IMG/VR virus record: IMGVR_UViG_3300014050_000006
Span: 1-64,000 of that record
Source: a virus
Reading direction: 5' to 3' (one strand)
DNA length: 64,000 bases
The notes under the pieces are model-generated. The model did no database searches and had not been told where the DNA came from. It was given only the letters and a program-made list of their open reading frames with translations. The position numbers and the translations under genes were made by a program. This document shows positions 48,501-57,736 of this stretch, piece after piece; the stretch's first letter is position 1, and every line of letters starts with the position of its first letter.

Positions 48501-48826
48501 GCTGAACCATTTAATATTTTTTCATTTAAACCTGTTTTAGCTGGTGAGCTAGCAACTATAATATTACCAAGCCCATTTAATTTAGCGCTATATCCAAAAA
48601 GTCCTATATTTGAATCATCTATATTTTGTCCAGTTAATTTTTGAGTTAAAAACCAGCCTTTATTATTTTGATTTAACCCTCCACTTTCATAAACATAAAC
48701 TCCAGAACCATAAGTTCCAACAATTAAAGTATTTCCAAAAGAATCTAGCGATGAATTAAAACCAAATTTTTGCGTTAATGTATTATTTTCGCTAAATTTT
48801 TGATTAAAATATATTGGTAATCCCAT
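45506..48826 (-). CDS. FG-GAP propeller + vWA + Ig + Ser/Pro hinge + Cys-rich protein
   Basis: FG-GAP repeats; MIDAS-like IDLSYS; LPPGL...ISGTP...G Ig motif; SSSSSSSPGPSPSP...; shared C-terminal tail. Confidence 0.8.
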   Translation of the reverse strand: MGLPIYFNQKFSENNTLTQKFGFNSSLDSFGNTLIVGTYGSGVYVYESGGLNQNNKGWFLTQKLTGQNIDDSNIGLFGYSAKLNGLGNIIVASSPAKTGLNEKILNGSAYIYVKNNTNWSLFQELTGINRNYEYFGQSLDINYSGDIIAVGSRGNLNSGQVYIYKKDISDWKLNSIITGTPNTINYPNSISLNESGNILAFGAPYENQNSGKVYVLDWKIPQEISLNGFELTDNSEDINGKYIYQNISPFSTFATTGYKHESLNSWIYFSLLNNRWELEANDSPEFYNDSSDINILPFTGWKIGLAQGTPDEFSAGTLNYILKQITGDNKVINFGIDLDLNNSGDKLLIGSLNSDLGSGAAYLFTGNNLNYILSKKFTGEAQGYENFGNKVTLNGEGNVSLVSSYNQNNENGNLAGAVYLFENNGSWILNKKITGDGDFDYGDNFGFSIDLNNAGNIAVIGAIGDGYDNKGAVYIFSDSNIQYSDTSPSQNLIFGNKPVDLLCPTKNSSNFLINLKGEENFSSPYNTKHKFILYKSGEISGYLPIYESNFLSYNNATIKTYSGLFNSGNYQIKVKSIYNDTNISFPSLCNSGIQLANIIDLSYSNRSGLALFKSNSILFKDFLNKNSKFNEIANVYFLDSLNITGLQFTTNFTDFINSTKVLEPLEKTKEGVALNDAIDYAIYNLSWNSNYNKKKIINIITNNFPYIESDANDCDLLDPYFTNPIEIKYSGFLNKIATYSSNQNISFNFIYLDKELNDEIDKKNFFYNEKELKTLYAKASQIGNGIFGDNNISPVVNAPINLMQSLKKLPYCPIPLPIITSPLYVAQDIETLIDYTITASGLYDSCSVKNLPPGLVSNGCVISGTPLIPGNFNIQICASNTYGTTCENLVVVIISSSSSSSSPGPSPSPSPSPSPAPPPGPPPGPGPGPCNACADYDGGVGSSSYCDPFICEEKYGNSRTDVFSWSCESIVVPKPNYGFCALESYKCEKCVRFCDCADMGYPFVLNTECDCPPGQQPYRKYFSVPVEGPECANAGTTLTCNKCACRGDSSSSSYTVSAVINLDLLSSLLEIPIQDIKNMDYLNLENLVEEKTEETIKQIKNINENK

Positions 48827-48833
48827 AATTAAA

Positions 48834-48857
48834 CCTTTTGCCTATAATATTTTACAC
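48834..48857 (-). promoter_or_regulatory. GTGTAA motif plus AGG-N4-AGG leader
   Basis: GTGTAA-8nt-AGGcaaaAGG-tttaatt-ATG. Confidence 0.65.
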
Positions 48858-48865
48858 GTTTAATC

Positions 48866-50962
48866 TCATAAAATATTAAATTTAATATTATTAAAATTGT
48901 CAATAATATTATCTTCATGAGAAATTATTTTTTGTGAAAAAGATGAAATATAATTATTAGTAAAATAAAAACCAGTAGCAACTGTATAATCTATAAAACT
49001 ATGCTCCCAAATTCCTAAATTTTCACAAGATCCTTCAGAAAAAATACCACTAAAATATCCACTTCCACTTATAGTATTTCCAAGATGAGATATTCTAGTT
49101 CTTATTCCAGTTCCATAAGAATTTCCAGTCAAGTAATCTAAATTTTCTAAATAAGTAAATCCAGTTTCGTTTCCAGTTACAGAAATAATTAAAAATTTTG
49201 GTATATTTTTATCATTAATAATTTGACCATTTTTTGAAGTATACAATTGAAGATCATTAACCGCTTTTCCAGTAGCTAAAAAATAAAAAAATGGAGTATC
49301 TGGTGAACATTCATCAATAAATAAATCAAAATAATTAGTACCAGAAATCAATGCTATTCCAGAATAAAAAGTTTTGTCTTCTTTCACTTTGCAATCTAAC
49401 AAACCAGAATATCCAGTTATTATTTTTGATGCATCTGAAAGAAAAATATAACCAGAAATTCCAGTTGTTATTTTATTGAAAAAATAATGACCACCTTCAA
49501 AAAACCTAAAAAAATCAGTATTTACAATTCCAGTAGAACTATATCCAGTTCCATATCCAGTTGATAATAAATAATATGGAGCACTTATAATTTGTTGATT
49601 TTCTAAAGAGCCAAGATGTTTTCCACTAAAAACTTTTGAATAATATTGTCCAGTATTTAAATATACGCCAGTTATGTCTCCAGAATATGTAGATGTTACA
49701 AAACTTACAACATTACCAACTCTACCAGTTATTTGTATAGGATTGCCATCTTGATCTACGCTATATCCAGTTGCTATAAAATTTCCAGTATTGTAGAATA
49801 AAGGTCCGCCACCTATATATGGAACATATCCAGAAACATGAACTGAAATTTCTCCCGAAGCAGGTATATCTAAATAAACATAACCTGTACCTAATCCCGT
49901 TCCAGTTAATGAATATTTTAATTCTACATCTCCAGTAGCATAAATAAATTCTTTTGCTAAAATTCCACTAACAAAAGAAATTTGATTAGAATTATAGTAA
50001 GAATTATAACCTGTAATTAAAATTGGATCATATATAGTTTGTTCTACAAAACCAGATCCAGTAATAATTCCTGATATAGTTTTATTTAAGAATCCCGTAC
50101 CAATTATATCTCCAGTAAAAAATCCAGTTGTTCCACTTATGTAAGTCAATTCTATATTTAAATAAGAACCACTGCTTGAACCATATTCAGTAATAAATTC
50201 TAGAGTTTGATTGTTTAAGATATTTTGATTTCCTGATGGAGAAAAAGAAAATTTATAAAAAGTTAATGGTATATATTCATTTTGAACATTTAAATTAAAA
50301 TTTATATCACCATAGTTTGTATTTGCAATAATTGGTAAAGTAGTTGTATTATTGTTGTTAATTAGATTTATACCAGAATCTGTTAGTATATAAAAATAAC
50401 CAGTATCATTAAAAGACAAAGGAAAACCAGATAAAGTATATTGAGGCACCCCATTTATATACGCATCAAAAATTTTTACATTTAAATTAGGTTTTGTATT
50501 AATAAATCTTCCAGTTATTATATTTACTATTTCATTTGTATTATCATTCTTGTATCTTTTATTTAAAATAGATGCTTGTAAAGTTGTTGCTTCTCCTTGT
50601 ATTGAAAAATCAAAATCTATAGTTAATCCAGAAGGACTGACGAAAAAATAATTATAATCATGATTAGTGAAAAAATCACTTTGTTTAAAAAAGAATTTAG
50701 GAGAGTTGTTAAAATAAAGAGTATCTTTTGAATCTATTATATTATTTTGTAAAGTAAATGGTTCATTAATTTTATATGAACCAAGTAATTTATTGTAAGG
50801 ATCATATATTTCGCCACTTTTTATAGTAAAAATATAATTCCATTCTCCACTTAAACCAAAAGAACCAGATCCAGTTGTATTATCTATAGATAAAGTCCAA
50901 TTGGTTGAAAAATTACCAGTTTGATTTAAAAAATTTCTATAAACTAAAGAGCTTGTTATCAT
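48866..50962 (-). CDS. TG/SG-rich putative tail protein
   Basis: 698 aa, beta-rich, dense TG/SG dipeptides; coupled by TAATG to the upstream gene. Confidence 0.6.
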   Translation of the reverse strand: MITSSLVYRNFLNQTGNFSTNWTLSIDNTTGSGSFGLSGEWNYIFTIKSGEIYDPYNKLLGSYKINEPFTLQNNIIDSKDTLYFNNSPKFFFKQSDFFTNHDYNYFFVSPSGLTIDFDFSIQGEATTLQASILNKRYKNDNTNEIVNIITGRFINTKPNLNVKIFDAYINGVPQYTLSGFPLSFNDTGYFYILTDSGINLINNNNTTTLPIIANTNYGDINFNLNVQNEYIPLTFYKFSFSPSGNQNILNNQTLEFITEYGSSSGSYLNIELTYISGTTGFFTGDIIGTGFLNKTISGIITGSGFVEQTIYDPILITGYNSYYNSNQISFVSGILAKEFIYATGDVELKYSLTGTGLGTGYVYLDIPASGEISVHVSGYVPYIGGGPLFYNTGNFIATGYSVDQDGNPIQITGRVGNVVSFVTSTYSGDITGVYLNTGQYYSKVFSGKHLGSLENQQIISAPYYLLSTGYGTGYSSTGIVNTDFFRFFEGGHYFFNKITTGISGYIFLSDASKIITGYSGLLDCKVKEDKTFYSGIALISGTNYFDLFIDECSPDTPFFYFLATGKAVNDLQLYTSKNGQIINDKNIPKFLIISVTGNETGFTYLENLDYLTGNSYGTGIRTRISHLGNTISGSGYFSGIFSEGSCENLGIWEHSFIDYTVATGFYFTNNYISSFSQKIISHEDNIIDNFNNIKFNIL

Positions 50963-53900
50963 TAAACCCCCTTGGACATTCTATCGTAACTCCTACTGTT
51001 TTGGAATTTTAATAAATCAGCAGATATCCCCTTTATTGTTTTTGTGCTGTATTGCAAAGTTGTAGATATTCCTTGTTCTGAAATTTGTATATTAAAGCCT
51101 TCTAAACCTTTTTTAATTTCTGCAGCATAATCTTCCATTTCTGGTAATCCTTTGATTTCTAGGCTCAAACTATCGTCTGGATTAAGATTAGAAAAAACAT
51201 TTCCAGTATAAGCATTATGTATTCCAGTTATATAAGCTGTATTAGGTACACATCCATAACCTCCACCTTTTCCACTAAAAGCATGAAAATCATCATCTGT
51301 AAATTTATTATATGCAACATCAAAATTTCTAACATCAGCAGCACAAGACATATTAGTATCTATTCCAGTTTGAATTTTTGGTAAAGTTACTGCTTGATTA
51401 AAAGATTGAGTGGCGTACACTCTATATGCTGGTACTCTAAAACCTTCATTTTGTAAACCTTGGTCACAACTAGTAGCTTTATCTCCTTTAGATTCAGTAG
51501 CCTTTAGAAGATCTTTCTCAATTAATTTATCACTATTTTTTGGAACAAAAGTATGTGGAGGAGTGATTATTAAAGGTAATTTTAAACTTTTAAATTCAAT
51601 TTCATGACAATTACTGTTCAACAATCCAATTGGAGTTAATGGAGAATATTTACCACCAACTCTTCTTAACATTTTTCTATTAACTGTAGCAAGAGTATCA
51701 GTTGGATGTTTTTCTTTTGTTTTGTCAAATTCATCAGCAAAAGCAGGTTTAACATCAAATATTCCAGTATTTACAGCAAAAATTTTAATTTGTTTCATTA
51801 TTCCACTTTTATATGCTTCAGTTTGACCATAACCAAAAGCAAATTCTAAAAAGTTAGAACCTGGAGGAACACCCCCATTACCAAATAATCTCCATTCTAA
51901 TTGACCTATGTTTTTATTTATATAATCATTATAAGTTTCTTGAAAATATTGTGGTTCTGGAAGCCATTTTGGTTGCCGTTCTAAAATAACAGCTGTTTGT
52001 TCAAATCTAGGTATATGTTGATCTGCCTTTTTAATAGAAAACATGCCATTTCCACCATCTGCATCTCTATATCTTTGAGGAGTATCTGATAATTGTACAA
52101 TATCTAAATTATTAACTTTTGCTTGTACTATGTTAAATCCTTGAGTTGAACCTGGAATAGAGCTATTAACTTGTCCTTTGGATCCTTTTACTGGATCTGC
52201 TACTCTAATATTAGAAAGATTTCCAGTTCCAATCACACATCCTAAATATCCACTTTTATAATATTTATATTTTGTTAAAGGATGCGCTCCAATTCCATCT
52301 TTTTTAGAATAAATATTTGCTGTTCCATCTGCAGATTCAATATTCGTATTAGATTTAACAAATTCTTCATTTCCTGTAATACCACATAATCTAAAAAGAT
52401 GTTCTCTAATATAAAATTTTCCAAGAAAATCATAGAGTTCATCTTCCATATCGTATCTTTTTTGCAATGAATCTTCATTTACTTTTGCTACAACAAAAAA
52501 ACCACTATTTGCAATAAAATTTAATCCATCAAATGGTTCCATACTTTTTACTAAATCATTCCATGCAGCATTAGCTATTTTTTGATATTTAGTTCTCTCT
52601 CGATCTGCTTTTGATAAATTGCAATCTATAACAGCTAATATTGACATGTCTCCCATTTCTGGAATTAATTTTGGATTTGTTTTTTCAGTATCTTCATCTC
52701 CTGGAAGTTGTCCAAATGAGGAGGAAGAGGAAGATGATGATGCATCTATTTCTCCAAAATCAACAAGATAATTCATTGCTTTTTTTGATGTAGTTATATC
52801 ATAAATTTTTCTCATCCAAAATAAATCTCTTAATAATGGATTATAAGCTCTTAATACTGCTCCAAGACAATCAGTATTAGCATTAATTCTTGCACCATTA
52901 GGAGTTGATCTTGTTCTATTTCCTAAATAATCTGCCCCATATAATGCAGAAAGTACAAAAGTTGTAGCTTTAGAACAATCTGAATTTTTTCTTTCGCCTC
53001 CTCTTTCATACCAAGATATTACGCCCCTTTGAACTGTATTCTCTGAAGATACTTCGTGTTCATAAGATATTAATTTAGTTGTCTTATATTTACCTATAAT
53101 TTCACCAACTGGAACTTGAATTTCTTTTGAAGAAATATCAATGAATTTAATTACTTTATTTACTATATCATAATACCAATTAAGCCCGAAATCATTTGCC
53201 CAACGAGTTAAAACTTCTCTTAATGTTCCAAAATGATCTCTATAAAATTTTGTATATTTAACACTATTTGAAGATATTCCTTGCGGAGCTTCTATTGTAA
53301 TTTCAGAGTTACCTTGTTTTGGTTTGAATTCATTGATTGCTTCTATTAAATCTTTAAAAGAATAAGCTACTTCAAATATTGTAGTATAAGCTAATTCTTT
53401 ACAACGATTATCATATTTATCTTCTGGACAACTTGGACATGGATCGCAGGGATCAACATTAAATGCTTCTTGATGATCTATCAAATTATCTTTATTTTCA
53501 TCGCAAGGATGAAATAATCTTCCAAGAATCCAAAAATTATTTGTTTTCTTTAATCTAAATTGTTCATCAGTAACCGAAGATGTACCACTACTACTACTGC
53601 TGCTGCTACTGATAGGAGATGGTATTCCAAGATATTCTGCAAATGTTTTTCCATTCATTTTAGTATTATCTTCTTCAAATTTTTTAGTCCATCCGTGTTT
53701 GCTATTTAATCCAATATATATTTTATCTAAAATAAAACTTGGATCTATAAAATAAACTTGTAAAATATTTCCTTGAGACGAATATGTATTTTTATACTTA
53801 TATGGATACATATCTCCAAGATCTAAATTTCCAATTTTGACTTTTACAGAAGTTTGAAAATTAATTATAGGTTTTTGATATACACCATTATCACTTACAA

Positions 53901-54027
53901 CATTTATTTGTAATTCACTTGGTTTTTCACTAAAACTTGGATTAAAATTACAATAGTATATTCTACCGCCCATATATCGATCTGAGCCGTTTAATGTTAT
54001 AGATTCTATTTTCTTTTTACTAGGCAT
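50962..54027 (-). CDS. putative tail hub/baseplate protein
   Basis: Position after the tape measure; GTLREVL..W..DFG..WYYD motif; two poly-Ser tracts. Confidence 0.5.
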   Translation of the reverse strand: MPSKKKIESITLNGSDRYMGGRIYYCNFNPSFSEKPSELQINVVSDNGVYQKPIINFQTSVKVKIGNLDLGDMYPYKYKNTYSSQGNILQVYFIDPSFILDKIYIGLNSKHGWTKKFEEDNTKMNGKTFAEYLGIPSPISSSSSSSSGTSSVTDEQFRLKKTNNFWILGRLFHPCDENKDNLIDHQEAFNVDPCDPCPSCPEDKYDNRCKELAYTTIFEVAYSFKDLIEAINEFKPKQGNSEITIEAPQGISSNSVKYTKFYRDHFGTLREVLTRWANDFGLNWYYDIVNKVIKFIDISSKEIQVPVGEIIGKYKTTKLISYEHEVSSENTVQRGVISWYERGGERKNSDCSKATTFVLSALYGADYLGNRTRSTPNGARINANTDCLGAVLRAYNPLLRDLFWMRKIYDITTSKKAMNYLVDFGEIDASSSSSSSSFGQLPGDEDTEKTNPKLIPEMGDMSILAVIDCNLSKADRERTKYQKIANAAWNDLVKSMEPFDGLNFIANSGFFVVAKVNEDSLQKRYDMEDELYDFLGKFYIREHLFRLCGITGNEEFVKSNTNIESADGTANIYSKKDGIGAHPLTKYKYYKSGYLGCVIGTGNLSNIRVADPVKGSKGQVNSSIPGSTQGFNIVQAKVNNLDIVQLSDTPQRYRDADGGNGMFSIKKADQHIPRFEQTAVILERQPKWLPEPQYFQETYNDYINKNIGQLEWRLFGNGGVPPGSNFLEFAFGYGQTEAYKSGIMKQIKIFAVNTGIFDVKPAFADEFDKTKEKHPTDTLATVNRKMLRRVGGKYSPLTPIGLLNSNCHEIEFKSLKLPLIITPPHTFVPKNSDKLIEKDLLKATESKGDKATSCDQGLQNEGFRVPAYRVYATQSFNQAVTLPKIQTGIDTNMSCAADVRNFDVAYNKFTDDDFHAFSGKGGGYGCVPNTAYITGIHNAYTGNVFSNLNPDDSLSLEIKGLPEMEDYAAEIKKGLEGFNIQISEQGISTTLQYSTKTIKGISADLLKFQNSRSYDRMSKGV

Positions 54028-57000
54028 TGAAATAATTATCCGTATTATTATATATAGTTACAGTTGATTTGTCATAAAAAGTTGGATTATAAAATTTATC
54101 ATTTTCAGATATTTCATAATAACTATCAGACCTTAGCTTAATACCATTAAGCCAAATTAATTCGCTATTTTTGCTAAATCTAGGTAAATCAAAAGTATAC
54201 ATATTACCAGTAAATCTAATATAATCAACCAATACATTGAATCCATGAATTAATCCTGTAACAGGAATATTTCCAGTAATAAAGTCAATATTTGGTGAAT
54301 TAAAATTATACTGATATCCACTTATTAACTTTTGACCATTTAAATATAAGAAGTCTTTAGAATTTAAAATATCAGAATTTTGACCAGTATAATTTAAAAA
54401 TATTTCACCAGTTTTAATAAAATCTGCTTCTAAATTATCAGTAAATTCATAGAATGAAATTGGTGATCCTAAATTAATATTTGATATAATATAATTTTGA
54501 CCAGTAATTTGAGCTACTCCATTTAAATTAACTAAATAATTCAATCCAGTTGTATTAAATCTAAAGTCTTTTGAGGCTTTACTCATGAATAATGAATTAT
54601 TTAAACTAATATCTAAACCACTATTAATTTGGAAAAGATAAATTTCTATAATATCTTTTTCATCTAAGTATTGATTAATAAGCAAAATGTCTACGCCAAG
54701 TTCTTGCAAGAATTGAATATTCTTTGTAAGATAATAATTTTTAGTATATTGTAAATTACTATTTTTTGTTGCAATCAAAGCATTATTTTGATCAAATATA
54801 GTTTTAGATTGTAAAGTATGATAGCCAGAATCTAAATATAAAGTTTCTAATCCATCGACACTAGTTCCATTATTAGTATAACTAAATTCATAAATATAAT
54901 TTCCAGTTTTTGAAATATCATAAATTCCAGAAGAAAAGCCAGTTTGATAAGTTTGATTTGTTAAAATTAATTTTTGAGAACTAGAAGATGAAGTAACTAA
55001 ATCTATTCCAGTTAATACATTACCAGTAATAACTCCAATAATTCCAGAAACAAGATAAAGTGGAAATCCTGTTCCACAAAAATCTGGTATATCTTTATAC
55101 CAACCAGTATTATATCCAGTTACTCCAGAGAATAATACTTGATTTTCATAACCAGAGATTTGACTTATTATAGTTGTTATTGTTTCTGTTATTATAGTTG
55201 GCCTTTCTACTTCTATGTTATAAATAAAATTAACATTACCAGAAACTAAATTTTTAACTTGTTGACCAGTAATATATTCATAATATGTTCCAAATTGAGA
55301 ACTATTATATTGTTTGACTCCGCTAACTATTTTTGGATAAAATCCTGTTTGCGTACCCCAGCCAGTTAATATTTCATTTTGTAGTAAAGCATTTAAAAAG
55401 CCTCCACCTCCTCCTATTTGTTTCACTCCAGTTAAATAATTTCCACTACTTGAATAAGATCCAGTACTTCCCCAACCACTTATTGTATTATCATTAAATA
55501 ACACTAGTCCAGCAACCAAACCAGCTTCTATATCAGATACTCCAGTTAGTAAATTTAATTTATTATTATTCCAATTTCCACTCCAAATTGTAGAAGTATT
55601 ATAAGGATCAATTTGATAAAATTGATTATTTCCCCAGCCAGTAATAGTTCCATCGTTTTTTAGTGCATAAACATGAGCACTTCCTGCTGATATTTTATTT
55701 ATTCCTGTTAATTGTGCAACTACAGTTTCTTCAAAAATACCAGTAAATGTATTAGAATAATCAGTATTGTATACATAATCTAATTGAACATATTTTGGTT
55801 TAATAGTGATATCACCATAATAGCCATTTTCTACAACTCCTGACCATCCAGTTAAAGGTAAAATTCCGCTACCAGTAGAGTCATTATAATAAAGAATTAA
55901 ATCTAAAAATCCATCATAAACTGACCATTTATTTGTAATATTTACTGGATCTATTCTTATTTCATAAGAGGAATTTATATTTCTATATACGATTTGTCCT
56001 GGAACAAAAGTATTATCATATGTATATAATATATTTACTCCTGTATCTAAGCTATTTTCAATCACTACTTGATATGGAATATTTAAATCATTATTTGTTG
56101 GTACGCTTGTATTACCACTTATTTTAATAATATCAGATAAACCACTATAATCTAAAACCCAGCCAGTTGTATCGTTGTATAAGGAAAGACCAAAATTTTC
56201 AAGATCATTAGAATATTTATATGCTGGTTTAGAGTTGTATTGCCCAGTATAGTTTAAAGTTAATCCAGAAAGATAGTTCCAATCACTATATATGCCAGTA
56301 ATTTGTATTTTTAAAGGATATCCTAAAATTTTATCATTTATTCCAGCTACTTGTCCATAATTATTATATCCCCAGCTAAGAACACTTCCATCATTTTTAA
56401 GAAAAACAGAAAAATATAAACCTAAATCAATTTGAGCAATATCTGTTAATTGACCAAGTGGAGTATCATTATAATTTCCAGTAAAAAGACTAGAAAATAT
56501 GTCATTATATTCGGTTGTTCCATAAATTGCACCCAGATAATTCCAACCCCAACCAGTAACAGTTCCATCATTTTTTAATGCTAAACAACTATTATTTTTA
56601 CATGCAATATCTTTAATATCAGTTAATTGTCCAACTAATGAACCTGTCCAATCTCCAACATAAGATTGATCTCCATATAATTGACCTAAACCATTATATC
56701 CCCAACCAGTTATTGTACCATCATTTAATAAAACTATTGATGTTTTAGAAGAAGTTTGACCAACTTGAAATATTTGTGTTTTTTTAATTTTATTTTTTAA
56801 TGATAAAAATTTAGAAGTATCTAATTGAGTAGAAACTCCACTATTTCCAGTAAGATCTAAACTATAATTACTTCCAGTTATACTACCATAAATTATTCCA
56901 GTATTATCTAAAAATGTATTATCAAAATAACCAGTTACATCAACATAACTATCAAAAATATGAGTAACATTTGTTGGATAATTTTCATATCCATAAAATT

Positions 57001-57736
57001 CACTATTTTTTTGGAATGTATAATAATGATTTAAATTAAATGCAAATTGATCTATAATTTTATTTAATTGAAAGTTTGTTATGTTATCTTTTATTAAAAT
57101 AAAATCTCTTATATATCCACTATAATTTGGAAAATTAGAAAATCTACCGCTACCTAAAACTATCGAACCAGTAACATTAGGAGTCGAATTGTTGTCAATT
57201 TCAAAAGCTTCTGTATAAAAATCATCATAAGCTGCATTGTAATAATTAACGAAAATGTTATTTTCATATCCTCTAAAACAAACAATTCCTTTTGTGTCAA
57301 GATGATAAACTGGAGAAAGATATTTTAAGTTTTTATTTGAATCATAATATTCTATAATCAAATTATTATAATCATTAATACAAACATTAAAACCATAATA
57401 TTGACCATCATTTCCAGTATTTAAATTAGAAAATAAAACGCATGGACCATTTCCTGTTTTTTCGTAATTAACTATGAATGTATAAGAATTTAATTCTAAA
57501 TCTTTTAAAGATATATCAACTCTATTGGTTGTATCAAAAAATAAATATCCAGATTTTATGTTTAAATTTGTGTTTAAATTTGATCCAACATAAACACCAG
57601 TATAATTTATATACTCTGTATTATTATAAATATAATTATTACCACTAAAATTTTCACTATCGAAAAAATAATGAACTAAATAATTTTCAGATTCAACGCT
57701 TAAGTTATTTAAAAAATATTGAGTACTTTTTTTCAT
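54020..57736 (-). CDS. LamG-like + RCC1-repeat tail protein
   Basis: N-terminal LamG-like region (YSGYIRDF); L.NDGT.TGWG.N..GQ repeats; C-terminal YLNGQKL/WLNG repeats. Confidence 0.75.
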   Translation of the reverse strand: MKKSTQYFLNNLSVESENYLVHYFFDSENFSGNNYIYNNTEYINYTGVYVGSNLNTNLNIKSGYLFFDTTNRVDISLKDLELNSYTFIVNYEKTGNGPCVLFSNLNTGNDGQYYGFNVCINDYNNLIIEYYDSNKNLKYLSPVYHLDTKGIVCFRGYENNIFVNYYNAAYDDFYTEAFEIDNNSTPNVTGSIVLGSGRFSNFPNYSGYIRDFILIKDNITNFQLNKIIDQFAFNLNHYYTFQKNSEFYGYENYPTNVTHIFDSYVDVTGYFDNTFLDNTGIIYGSITGSNYSLDLTGNSGVSTQLDTSKFLSLKNKIKKTQIFQVGQTSSKTSIVLLNDGTITGWGYNGLGQLYGDQSYVGDWTGSLVGQLTDIKDIACKNNSCLALKNDGTVTGWGWNYLGAIYGTTEYNDIFSSLFTGNYNDTPLGQLTDIAQIDLGLYFSVFLKNDGSVLSWGYNNYGQVAGINDKILGYPLKIQITGIYSDWNYLSGLTLNYTGQYNSKPAYKYSNDLENFGLSLYNDTTGWVLDYSGLSDIIKISGNTSVPTNNDLNIPYQVVIENSLDTGVNILYTYDNTFVPGQIVYRNINSSYEIRIDPVNITNKWSVYDGFLDLILYYNDSTGSGILPLTGWSGVVENGYYGDITIKPKYVQLDYVYNTDYSNTFTGIFEETVVAQLTGINKISAGSAHVYALKNDGTITGWGNNQFYQIDPYNTSTIWSGNWNNNKLNLLTGVSDIEAGLVAGLVLFNDNTISGWGSTGSYSSSGNYLTGVKQIGGGGGFLNALLQNEILTGWGTQTGFYPKIVSGVKQYNSSQFGTYYEYITGQQVKNLVSGNVNFIYNIEVERPTIITETITTIISQISGYENQVLFSGVTGYNTGWYKDIPDFCGTGFPLYLVSGIIGVITGNVLTGIDLVTSSSSSQKLILTNQTYQTGFSSGIYDISKTGNYIYEFSYTNNGTSVDGLETLYLDSGYHTLQSKTIFDQNNALIATKNSNLQYTKNYYLTKNIQFLQELGVDILLINQYLDEKDIIEIYLFQINSGLDISLNNSLFMSKASKDFRFNTTGLNYLVNLNGVAQITGQNYIISNINLGSPISFYEFTDNLEADFIKTGEIFLNYTGQNSDILNSKDFLYLNGQKLISGYQYNFNSPNIDFITGNIPVTGLIHGFNVLVDYIRFTGNMYTFDLPRFSKNSELIWLNGIKLRSDSYYEISENDKFYNPTFYDKSTVTIYNNTDNYFNA

